This document shows positions 1 through 11,375 of a DNA stretch of 20,000 nt, in pieces. A program made the translations under genes and the position numbers. This stretch comes from Seison nebaliae (taxonomy: Eukaryota): positions 108,566 to 128,565 of the forward strand of contig JALJEE010002349.1 in NCBI GenBank assembly GCA_023231475.1. Direction: 5' to 3'. Below the pieces are notes generated by a model. The model saw only the letters and a list, made by a program, of their open reading frames with translations, was not told the origin of the DNA and did no database searches. Position 1 is the first letter of the stretch, and each line of letters begins with the position of its first letter.

Positions 1-213
1 ATTGGTGATCGATTATTTTATACTCACACTACGTCCTCATTCACCATTCAACAAATCAATGCCATACATTCCGTTTCGTTAACTGATCTACTATGTTCCA
101 TATTCAATTTGAGGGAAGTACAAGAACAAGCCTTCTTCGTTCCATCTTCAACGAATCCACATCGTTCATGTTCGACTGGCAGACGTCTTGATTTATCGAG
201 TTGGCGAGAATGA
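1..213 (+). CDS. 3' end (last exon, partial) of an animal heme peroxidase (peroxidasin/MPO/TPO family)
   Basis: Frame +1 is open from base 1 to TGA at 211-213: IGDRLFYTHTTSSFTIQQINAIHSVSLTDLLCSIFNLREVQEQAFFVPSSTNPHRSCSTGRRLDLSSWRE*. This matches the An_peroxidase C-terminal pattern GDRF(W/F)Y...FT..Q...I...SL...LC......Q..AF......NP...C.....LDLS.W.E. AATAAA at 320-325. Confidence 0.88.
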   Translation: MGDRLFYTHTTSSFTIQQINAIHSVSLTDLLCSIFNLREVQEQAFFVPSSTNPHRSCSTGRRLDLSSWRE

Positions 214-976
214 AAAAATTTAAAAATTCTATAATACATTTTCTGCATCTCTTACTAAATATGCGACTCATCATCTCCTAAAGATTTGCATATCTTTCTA
301 ATCTCTTAATTTATTTAACAATAAAAAAGTTTAATTTCAGTTCTTCTAATTTCTAAAATGGAATATATACTTCACATATATGTGAACTTAATGTTAGTTA
401 TGATCTCTTATAAAAATCGTTGTAAATGATTCCAAAAATGAAGAATGGAAGAAATAAGAATATTTTCATTTTCAAATTAATTTGTTCATTCATTTCATGC
501 CAATTAGTTTAGCGACTATGAAGCAGAATATAAATATGCTCAATTGATTAAATAAAGAAAATTGATATTCATCTTATCGTTATTATCATCATTGTCATTA
601 CTTATTTCATTTCCTTGAGAATGTCGATCTATATCAACCAAATTCTCAACGAATGATAATCATAACAATGACAGGAATGAAGATGTTGGATTAGAATATC
701 ATTTTTTTTTCAAATGTATACACCGGGGGAAGCACTCTTCTGTTATTCTTAATAAAATTGTTATGATCATGATAATTGAGTTATTGTCCCTTTCACGGGA
801 ATGGAGAGAGGACAGATATAGATGAAGTGAATTAATGGAATAAATTTCAATAGAAATAATTGTGTGTTGGTTGAAAAAAAATGGTGGAGCATGAAATTCT
901 CTTGAAAGTGGTTTAGATAAAACTCGTAAAAAAATGGAAATTGAAAGGAGGAAAGTAGAAATATTTAAAGAGGAAT

Positions 977-1011
977 ATGTGTGTGTTTGTGTGTGTTATG
1001 TGTTGTGTGTG
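977..1011. repeat. Imperfect (TG)n microsatellite in the presumed GPCR 3' UTR
   Basis: atgtgtgtgtttgtgtgtgttatgtgttgtgtgtg. Confidence 0.6.
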
Positions 1012-1084
1012 GTATATAAAAGGAAACTATCACATTTGGATATTGAAAAAAATTTGGGAGTTAGTAGAAATGTTGGAGAATGTG

Positions 1085-3109
1085 TTAGAAATGACCGGCT
1101 GTACTTGGACGAATGTCATCGTTGATTCCGTATTGAGTCTCGTAGAATTTACTACGAATTGTCGTGTTAATCTTCCGACAACGACAGCAAAGTATCTCTT
1201 TGAAAGGCGTTCGAAAATCCCGATTAAATCTTGCATAGATAATGGGATTGAAGAAAGAGTTGGAGTAGCCTAACCATAAGAAGATGGCGTCCAACAGTCT
1301 GGGAATTGGGTCGCGTTTGTATATGTCGAAATAGATATATCTCACCAATTGACATATGAAGAATGGGAGCCAACATAGAATGAAGCAGCCCATAATGACA
1401 CCGAGAGTGATCGTGGCTTTATGACTGGAGTGCGACTGGGTGTTATTGATGGTACGACGACGTGCCATAAATGCGACGAAGGATTTCTTCTTCATCGGAT
1501 TAAATACAACGGAAGTGAGACGAGGTGATGAGTTGAGCAAACGATAAATTGTACATCGACGATTGGTACGTTTCATGCGTTGTAGATTCTCTTCCGTCGA
1601 AGCACTATTGGGAATTTGGAGATGATTGTTATCGAACGATTTCGAATAGAATGAATCCTTCAATTTCTTCTTCTCTAATGATGCTTCGTGAATCGTTTTC
1701 TCTATCGGATTGACGATTAAATATGCACTACCCGTAGCGTCCAATAATGTCGCACAAGCGCTATGGGAAGCAAGTACATGCATTGCACATTCGGGACATG
1801 CCGCAATGGACGAAGTAATACTATTCGTTTCGATTGATGACATTGGAGGAAGATTTATCTTATTACGATCTCGCATCGAATCGTTAAGATTACTTAACCG
1901 GAAAACAGCTTTATTCTCATCTTTCTCTCTTGTCGTCGATACTTCATCATTCGATCCGACAGAAATGAGAGAATTGGAGGGATCGATCGCTAAATAATTC
2001 TTTATTTCCATATTGGGATTGGGATTTCCATCATCATTATTCGATAATCGATTCTCTTGTATCATCATCGAATTATTGTCTTTTTGACTATCATCTATCA
2101 TCATATCTCGATTCTGAGACATGTTATCATTCGATTGATTAAATACCACTAAATTATTGTCATTTGAAATTTCTTGATTGTCATTACTCAATTTACCTCG
2201 ATTATTATCATCATCATCATTGTGATTTGTCAATAAACAACAACAGCAATATCGACAACAAGTATGAAGAATGTCGAGACATTTAGTCGTAAATTTCCTT
2301 TTAACGGGCTCAATTTCCACACCAGAACTATTCGCTTCGCTCAAATAGATGTTTTTAGCAGCCATAAAAATTTTAACATAAACAATAATAAGAATGATGA
2401 GAGGAACGTAGAATGAGAATGCAATTGCACATAATTGATAAGTTAGATGTGTCGAATATCCACAATATTTGGGTAGGAATTTCGATGGTTTCCCATGCCA
2501 CACTAAGAGTGGTGGAGAAATGACACAAGCACTCAAGAACCAGACTCCTAATATCATTCCTAACATCAATTTCGGCGTTCTCTTCGCTACGTAGCGGAAA
2601 GGCTTAGTAATTACGAAATATCTATCCACCGAAATCACTACTAGATTCAGAATGGAGGCCGTACAAAGTAGTACATCGCCAGAAATCCAGATATCGCATA
2701 ACAAAGCGCCTAAATTCCATTGACGATTGTTCAATTCATGATATGTCGTCAAAGGCATAACAATCACTCCGACGAATAGGTCACTGATCGCCAGGCTGAC
2801 AATGAGATAATTGGATGGAATTCGTAATTTCTTCACAATTGCCACGGCGAATATGACGAGGAAATTCCCACAGATCGTTGCGAGCATCATCATGAGACAA
2901 ATGATGCCAATGAATATTTGAATGGTGACACTGAGCTGATTTGCTTGAGGATTGACCACCATCGATTTTGTGGTGAAGGTTGACGAAGATAATTGATGGA
3001 GAGCATCATCGTCTTGAAATAGTGTTCGATTATTAAATTGGTGTTGATGTTGCTGCGATTGATATTGAGATATTTGGTTAGGAAGTAGAGAACGAAAATA
3101 AGAGGCCAT
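1085..3109 (-). CDS. HTR7: Class A aminergic GPCR, serotonin receptor 5-HT7-like; intronless CDS, 674 aa
   Basis: Seven TM segments with GN (TM1), LAISD (TM2), DVLLCTASILNL..ISVDRY (TM3, D3.32 and DRY), SFYVP (TM5), CWLPFF (TM6), FLWLGYSNSFFNPIIY (TM7). The tail ARFNRDFRTPFKEILCCRC resembles invertebrate 5-HT7 receptors. The subtype is assigned by motif recall, not by phylogeny. Confidence 0.9.
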   Translation of the reverse strand: MASYFRSLLPNQISQYQSQQHQHQFNNRTLFQDDDALHQLSSSTFTTKSMVVNPQANQLSVTIQIFIGIICLMMMLATICGNFLVIFAVAIVKKLRIPSNYLIVSLAISDLFVGVIVMPLTTYHELNNRQWNLGALLCDIWISGDVLLCTASILNLVVISVDRYFVITKPFRYVAKRTPKLMLGMILGVWFLSACVISPPLLVWHGKPSKFLPKYCGYSTHLTYQLCAIAFSFYVPLIILIIVYVKIFMAAKNIYLSEANSSGVEIEPVKRKFTTKCLDILHTCCRYCCCCLLTNHNDDDDNNRGKLSNDNQEISNDNNLVVFNQSNDNMSQNRDMMIDDSQKDNNSMMIQENRLSNNDDGNPNPNMEIKNYLAIDPSNSLISVGSNDEVSTTREKDENKAVFRLSNLNDSMRDRNKINLPPMSSIETNSITSSIAACPECAMHVLASHSACATLLDATGSAYLIVNPIEKTIHEASLEKKKLKDSFYSKSFDNNHLQIPNSASTEENLQRMKRTNRRCTIYRLLNSSPRLTSVVFNPMKKKSFVAFMARRRTINNTQSHSSHKATITLGVIMGCFILCWLPFFICQLVRYIYFDIYKRDPIPRLLDAIFLWLGYSNSFFNPIIYARFNRDFRTPFKEILCCRCRKINTTIRSKFYETQYGINDDIRPSTAGHF

Positions 3110-6100
3110 CCAACTGACTCCAATAAAAAATTGTTTCTTCTCGGAGGATTGTTAGTTATTTGAAATGGTTCGATAATTGGTCGCCTCTTCGATCTTTTTC
3201 TGCATATGATTGCCTGTTCATTTATGGCGATTTATGAAAGAGGATTTCATTCATCATGTGAAATATTAAATAGGAATTAATGTTACTTTGATGTTCATTC
3301 TACAATTTCCTTTAAGTTCGAACTTCTGCTTATAAAAAGAAATGGAATGAATTGGATGAAATAAAATGGAATATTATTCAATTTCAATCAGACCATCCAT
3401 CATAAACAAAAACGACGATATACGACAATGCCTCACACTCGTACTCGTACATGTACTCGATATTCATTAGTTATAGTAAGATGTCATGCAATTTGCGTTG
3501 GAGCAGAAATACAATCTGTCGTAATAATTTGAGATTGAGCGAGAAGTTTTGAGGAAACTTTTTATCGGAACGAAAATCCAGTTTCAGGAACTTGACGAAA
3601 ACCGAGTAATGAATTCCTAATGGAATTAATTCTTAAATAATTCTATCCTAATTGTGATCATATTCAACTGCGAATGTCGAACGCCGGAAACATGTTGATT
3701 GGAAGAGATTAGGATAGTCTCTTAAGTCGAGAACATTAGTTTGGGGGGAGACAAAGGAGGAAGATAAGCTTGACAGAATGATTGGCTATCTGTGAGCTGA
3801 GGAGGAGAAAAACAATAGAAATTAGACGAACATCGTAACTCATCAAAATAAAATGCAAATAGAATAAACTGATAATGAAGAAACAATGTTGAGTCATTTG
3901 TTTCTCTCATTTATGCAAATAATGGCGGAGTAGTCGAAGAATGAAAATTAAGTAGAGCGAAATATATATGTATGTATATTTGGGAGAAGGATGAACAGTG
4001 TTGTGAAGGGGGAGAACGAATAAAACGATAAACAGATTCTCATGTCGATTATAGGTCGATATTGTTCTCCATCTATCATCTTTATCTTTTCAGTTCAATT
4101 GAATAGGAAGCAAAGGAAGAAATGGATAGGAAATGATGAATATAGAAAGATGAAAAGAAGATGCTCACTTCTTTCTCAAAAGAAAATGCTGCAATTAAGC
4201 GCAGTAAAAAGGAATGGGAACGAAATTATTGAAAGAGACGATTATCGACTGACAATGACCATTATTATACTTCATGATTATCATTTGCAATTATTTCTTT
4301 CATAAATTTGCTTCACTAATTCTTTTTTCTGAAGCTAATGATCTGTCATTATTCAATGCATGCATTCTCCGCTTCTCCATCTGACCGACTAGAAGAGATT
4401 GCTCGTTAACTTCTAATAACATATAATAATAATAACAACAACAACAAGAATAATATTCGTCTAAGATTGATTTCTTTTAAAATGCTCATCATCTTCCTCC
4501 AATACTAATTCCACACAACTTATTTTCTACAATCAATTCCGTCTCAAATTCTACTCTTATATCCATTCATCCATCAATCCATCAACATCCGTCTGCACAT
4601 TACTCCAAATCCTCCCCTTGTTCAAGTTCCATTACATAATGCAAACATGAACATTTCAGTTATCGATTCACTCTTCTCCACATCATCATCATTATCATCA
4701 TCTCATTGAAATCAGAAACTCTTCAAGAACTTTAAAGGAGATAATCGTAATCGACATCTCATGTTTGTTTATAAAGTTCTCGAGTCACTACCTTCTTCTT
4801 AATAATATTCAACCGATCCTGATACTGTCTGCACAAACATCATTAAAATCGGAAATTATTGATTATCGAACATGAAAACGCTTTCGTAACTGCCTAAAAT
4901 ACATTAATCCTTAACATTCACATAAACATTCCATCACTAAATCTGGGTAGACAAGAAACTTCCGAGATAGATGATATTCAGTTGAACGACTAATTAAAGA
5001 AAGCTAATTCTCATACTAACTACAAAGAGACCTAATCATCGAGTGAACATTATTATCTCTAATGTTATTAATACCCCAAATAATATTATTATTAATTTCG
5101 TCAATAATTTCTACAGAAAAACAAAAATTAAAATTCCCATTTTACTTACGATCAGTGATCGTCGATCACAAAGTTAATATCGTTTCAAGTTGAATTAAAA
5201 ATGAGAGAAAAATAATTTTCTCCAGTTGACATATATATGTCAAGGAAAATTAAGTACTTAATTTTCAATTAAATTTCATCTTGTTAACATCATGAATATA
5301 GCGAATTCGAAAAGTCGAAAATTGACTAGTGAATTTTTTTGGTTCAGAGAATAAAAGAGAAAATAATGTCTTCATATTTCGTCTATGAAATGTTGATGTT
5401 CAATATGATACAATTCTGCTCATTCATTCATTTCACTTATTCAATAATTATCAGATGAATATGAATTTAATTGTAGCTTTATTCCTCCCAACTATCAATC
5501 CACATCGTCCAACATATTATTCTTTCATTAGACACAAAATGATCATTTCATTTCGACGTTTTGTACTCCAAAAAAATTAAGATTCTTCACATATCCATTA
5601 ATTCGTTCTCTACATAAACATTAAAATACTGAAATTACGTTCACTTCGTTAGCATCAATGGCATCAAATAATCGTTCATTCCACTCTTATATCAAATTCT
5701 CCATTGTGACTTATATGAAAGACGTATTATTTGCAGGATAAACGTCAAAGGATAATAAAATTAATAACATTGTCTTGTTAGGTTAATAATATTTGTTATG
5801 ATGGTTTTAATGAGAGGTTATATGGTTCCCAAAAGAAAACAATCATGAGAAATGAACAAGATATGAACATGAATTATCGTGGAAATTTAAGAAAATTTCA
5901 ATGTTCAACATTGACTTGAGCATTTCCGATGGATGAGAACGAGATATGTCTATCAGTCCGGTAGTATATCATTCACTTCGTTGTACATGCACTAAGAGAG
6001 TTGTGTTGTTCGTTAACATAAATCATATTTAAATTCTCATTATTCCCGAATCGAATGAAGGAAAGGCGTTTAAAGACATCTCTTTATCGTTTCATGATCA

Positions 6101-9100
6101 TCAACGTTATCATCGCCAGCAGCAATAGCAGCAGTATAGACGTCTTAGAAAAACTATAAAAATAAAAGAAAATTTCGAATAATTTTTCTTCTTTGTTCTC
6201 ATTCATCTTATAACATTCCATAAAATATAATTTTCTTTCATTTTCAAAAAAATGTTATTGAAAAATTGAAAAAAAATGTGAATTCCTTAAAGAAAATAGG
6301 AATGCATTAAAAAGATTATACAACAACATTTATGATAGATAATCCATCATTAATCAAGATAAACGTAGAGATAAACAAAACAAGAGAAATAGTTAAGAGG
6401 GAAATATGAGTTGAAAGAGAATTACAATCCGTAATATTATTTAAAAAATGATTAAATGATAAACTATTCGATATGGATGGAACGATTTGATAATCCTCTT
6501 CTGTTCGAAACACAGTACGATCGCTGCATTTGTCGTTATTGTCCTTTAGCAATAGCAATTTGAATGTATGTTCGTGGAAGAGGTATGCGCAAATTTCGTC
6601 TGCCACCAAGAAGAAGAGAACCTCATTCGCAGAAGGAAAAAGGTAATAATTTAATTAGAAAATCTTGAAAATTCGCCTGAATGAACAAAAATGAATCCAA
6701 TATCTACTTAATACTTCAATTATAAATCTAGCCAAAATACATGTGCACAGCTCTCATCAGTTAAATTCGAGTTTTATATTCTTCTTTAATTAAATTTCAA
6801 ACTTCATTATTTTGATGACATTTCACCAATATCGGATGTAAATGGAATTTATGTAAATCATCGTCACAAGAATCTCATCTTATTATTAACCGTATTGTTA
6901 TTAGATAATCATTCGTTTCCATTTATCAATTTATTATGATTTCAAAAAAGATCACTAGAGGTGAAAAAAAAAATATTATTATCTTTCATCGAAAACAAAC
7001 GATACGTATAAAAATAATATTGGTAATTTCAATTGTAGACGACTGTCTACGATGAGTTTCTGTCTCGAAAGTTCGCACCATATGTAAAAACAATAATTAG
7101 GTAACATAATTTATGCGATATTTGTCTTATATATTTTACTTTTTTGTTCTTATAAATAATTATTGATAATAAAGGAATTCATTCATTTAGTTTCCTTAAT
7201 TGTGGAAAAGTGCACATTTTAATTTTGAAAGTTTTTCAAGAAAACCAATATTTATTGGGTAATTTATTATAGGATTTTCCAATAGGATATTCGAATTCAG
7301 AATAACATTATGAATAATGGATTTGAATTTCTAAACTGTTTTCTTAATATTAAGTGGGAAATCAATAAATAAAATGTTTCTATAATTACATAAGTATTCG
7401 ATAATAAATAGTTTATATGAATTATACATTCGGATAAGAGTTCCGATGAATATAAACTATTTAATTGATGATGAATAGTATTACCCCTGAACAGTTGCTT
7501 TAACTTCAGTACGTGGTAGGAGGAAATAATAAGTAAAATAAAAATAATTGAAAAATAAAAACATTATTATTATTTTTCGAAACATTCACCATATTATGTG
7601 ATAATAATATGATGTAGATTTAATGAAGAAAATGATAAATGGTTTATGAGTTGTAATACAATCTTATAAGAAAATAGTCTATTCTTTTATGTTCTTCCAT
7701 TGCCAATACTATTCTCCGTTCCATTCCTACATTTTCTTCTTATTTATGTTACAGATTGATGGAGACACTTTTCTTCATTCTCTAAAAATCTTCTTCTTCG
7801 CATGCACAAAACTCATACACATGCGCTGAAAAAGCCTAGCCATTGACATATGTTGTTGTGTTAAGATCTTTATTAGGGAAAACAATCAGGACAGCCGAAT
7901 TGCTAAATAAGAATACAGACATCATTCAACCAAGCTCATGTGTCAAGAAGTCAAAAGGTTTATCGATCATTCCAAAAGAGAGAGACGGTGTAGGAGAGAA
8001 TTGTAAAATTAAACGTTGAAATTTCAGAAAAAGGTTTTCATCCGTCAAATGGTGGAAAATAGTTATTCCAATCGTCTTACCAATTTACGCAATTGCTATT
8101 ATGCGCAAAACTAAATGTTGAAACTGACGACGATTATGAATATAGGATACACGACAACGTCATTTTCTTTGTAGAGCTCATAATTAATAAAGCACACTCT
8201 CCCACCTCCTCCGATGACGACCAAACAAACAACTTGGGCGAAGTTTTTTTTCAAAATTCGGTCTTCATTAAAATTCATGTTTTATTATTAGAGAAATGGT
8301 GAAAATATTACCTCGTCTTTTCATGCAGAGCTCGTGAGACGGAATGTAATTGTTGGAGGAAAAAATTGAGTAAAATATTGGATAATAAAACGGAGGTGAT
8401 ATCAGTTGAATGAAGCGAAGGTAAGTGGTAATGTGTGATTATGTGAAAGTTCAATATAAAAAGAAATTGGATAAAAAATCTATAAGTTTCTACTCCTGCC
8501 TCTCTGTCGATGTAGCGAGTGGATCAATAAATAGTTTTATTAGGTCGCTGCACTCATGCCTAAATTCAATCACTTTACTTCCATAAGAATTACGTCGACA
8601 ATTGGCGTAAAAACAGATATGGAACATAAATTCGAATGTTAAATCCTTTCAGATATTCATCAATTGCTAACACATATACTCACATGATTATTCTCTAATT
8701 GTCGTGCAGATAAGAAAGATGAGATATTAGAATGGAAGAAATATAGAGTGATCATATGAGAATGGAATAGATTTGGTGTTTTATTTATTACAACCGATAC
8801 TTGTCCTTCTAAAAACTAGTCAAAATTGCCGTTATTTTCTTATACATCATCGTCTAACAATGTGAAGAGTGAAGATGTTGTACGAAGTTTTGCAGATGAT
8901 AAATATTATCCGTCTTCCCTTTAGAGATGATCCGTCATACATTTAAATTACTTACTATATTTTCGTGTTGCATGAAACGAATATTAACTTCACGCTTCAA
9001 TTTGCATCTGTATCCGATATAAGTCGGAGCATATAATTACCTCATTCAATAATTCAATCTACTTCTCCGTTTCTTCGATTATTGAATGAGAGCAACATCC

Positions 9101-11375
9101 ATCCAAATATATTTATTTGTTGCGATAATTTAATTCAATTTATCTGGATCTATTCCCTATTTGAGTGGGGGAGAATAAAACTTCACTAATCCTCATTTAA
9201 TGGAGTAATAATTAATAACATACTCTATATTTATTCTATTACACATCAACCATCATGACAACTCTCCTAACTAATTGTGACATTAGAGAGAATGGAGATG
9301 TTGATGCAAATATTCTGGAAAAAGGTGGAAGATGTAGCAGATGCCACCAACAATGGAAAATGTCAATATAATAAATAATCATATTCAAAACAACGGAATG
9401 AACACAATCGAAAATTGCCATATCTTAACACAGCGACAACACGATAAACATTCACTAATCATTATGTTCCAATTGAAGTGCATATTAGAAGAAATATCAT
9501 GCAATTATTTTACTTCCAATAAAAATAACTTCACAATTTCAACGAGCACTTTCAACACCTGAGAGCACGATATTTCCATCCAATATCATTATTAAATGAT
9601 TATAATATCGAAATGTCTTTTCGGATATTTGAACCAACCAAAAATTTCCCCAAAATCAATTTTTATTATGCTTATAGTGAAAAAGTTTATTAAGGAGACC
9701 TCTCAAAATCTGGTTGTGGGAATTGGAAAATCAAAATTATTCAACTGATAATTAAATAATCACAAATTAAATTATTAGAATTTTATGATTAAACTTAAAT
9801 TTACTTATTGACCTAAAGCAGAATTTCAATCAATTCACTCACAAGATGTGTCAAGTGTACATGAGAATTTGATGATTATATAGTTACTATTTTGTAGTTA
9901 GTAGCCACAGATATTTATCTCGTGAAATATCAACAAAATGGAAATAATTTCCTCTAACGACGACGACAAATTATGATTCATGAAAATCGGTGTCAGAGAA
10001 ATGCATAGAAGAAGTGTGACAGTATTCATAATGTATCGAAGTGAGAAGGTATGATTTTCACATTGATCATTCGTTGACTTTTCATTATGAGCTCAATTGA
10101 ATATTAATCGAATAAATCTCCCAAAGCAGCAGAGGAAACAGAAGAAACGAAATAAGAAGAACCGTTATCCCTTATTAGAGAGAACACTAGTAGAAAAACA
10201 ACATAACATCGTGCGAATAACAGCATATTGGACATCGAACAGAATATTTAATTCCGATTCTCTTATCATAATACTGGTACTTTATTCTGTCCATGCACAT
10301 CATATCCACTATATCACACTATAGCATATGTATGAAGAATGTTGTTGAAATTGTAAAAGAAAAGAAGGAGCAGGAAGGAAGTTATTCATAGAACTGATTA
10401 GACATATACAGAACCATCAAATATCGATGGCAGAAATGCGAGATAGTTTTTTTAAGGACATTACACTATGTCTAAATCGACATCAAATGTTCATGAATCG
10501 TATAACAAAAAATTCTTTTCATACCTGATTTGAATAGATATAGATTTTAAAATTTTTCTTACATAACATTCGTCTATAACTAATTAGCAATATTGATTTC
10601 CGTCATACGGAAGGAATAAATCATCGTACAGTCATCATTCATTCATTTTTCCCGCATCACAACCTTTGTTCACCTACTCTCTCATATCCGCATCACACAC
10701 CATTGTTGATGGTGACAAGTTACGTTGGGAGTGGACGAACATATATACGTAATGGTAGCACGATACTCTCATAATTGTCTCACTATTCTCTACTATGATG
10801 CAAACCATTAATGAAAGAGCTCGAATCATAATACTTCCATTTGACTCGGAGGAAATATGTTAACAGTCAAAATTAACATTTCTTTTAGCAGTTTCAAAAC
10901 TTAATTAAAAATCCAATCTCACATTCATGAGACTGTAAAGGAAAATGCAGGTCGATTAGAATAATCGACTTCTCCAAATTGCAGGTAATCTTATTCGGTT
11001 GGGACTTCTAATAAATTATCCCCCTAATTTCTTCGAGTAACATTAAATTTTATCGGATTCTGATTTTGTTACAAGAAGGAAATACACATGCATAAGAAGA
11101 AATGATCGTTATCAACTTTCCGACCTTTTACTTTGCAATATTAACACTTATAATTGAAAAGCAAAGAGAAATCCATGTGGATTGAACTTCATCCGATCAT
11201 CTAACGGAAAAGGTAATAAAAAATCTCTCTTCACATTCCACCATCTTCTTAGTCAACACAACAACGTTATTATTATTTTGTCGATAATCTTTAAATTATT
11301 TCCGGTTCACTAAAATCCGTTCCGAGAAGAGAACTTATCAGTGAAATTAAGATCATTTTTCCCACCATTTCTCGT

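Noticed and set aside
48..248. Minus-strand 66-aa ORF
   Set aside because: Antisense shadow of the peroxidase C-terminal exon on +.
934..3123. Short ORFs overlapping the GPCR (934-1125, 977-1273, 1030-1236, 1710-1997, 2890-3123)
   Set aside because: Antisense or alternate-frame shadows, partly driven by the TG repeat; no motifs.
6316..6609. Minus 97-aa ORF with a hydrophobic C-terminus (GPI/TM-like)
   Set aside because: Starts at TTG with an in-frame stop shortly upstream, and I could not link a phase-compatible upstream exon. Hydrophobicity is expected from T-rich DNA. It cannot be fully excluded as a terminal exon.
3722..10324. Other short ORFs in the intergenic region (3722, 4042, 8093, 9239, 9341, 10097)
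   Set aside because: 60-87 aa, low-complexity composition, no domain motifs and no consistent exon chain.
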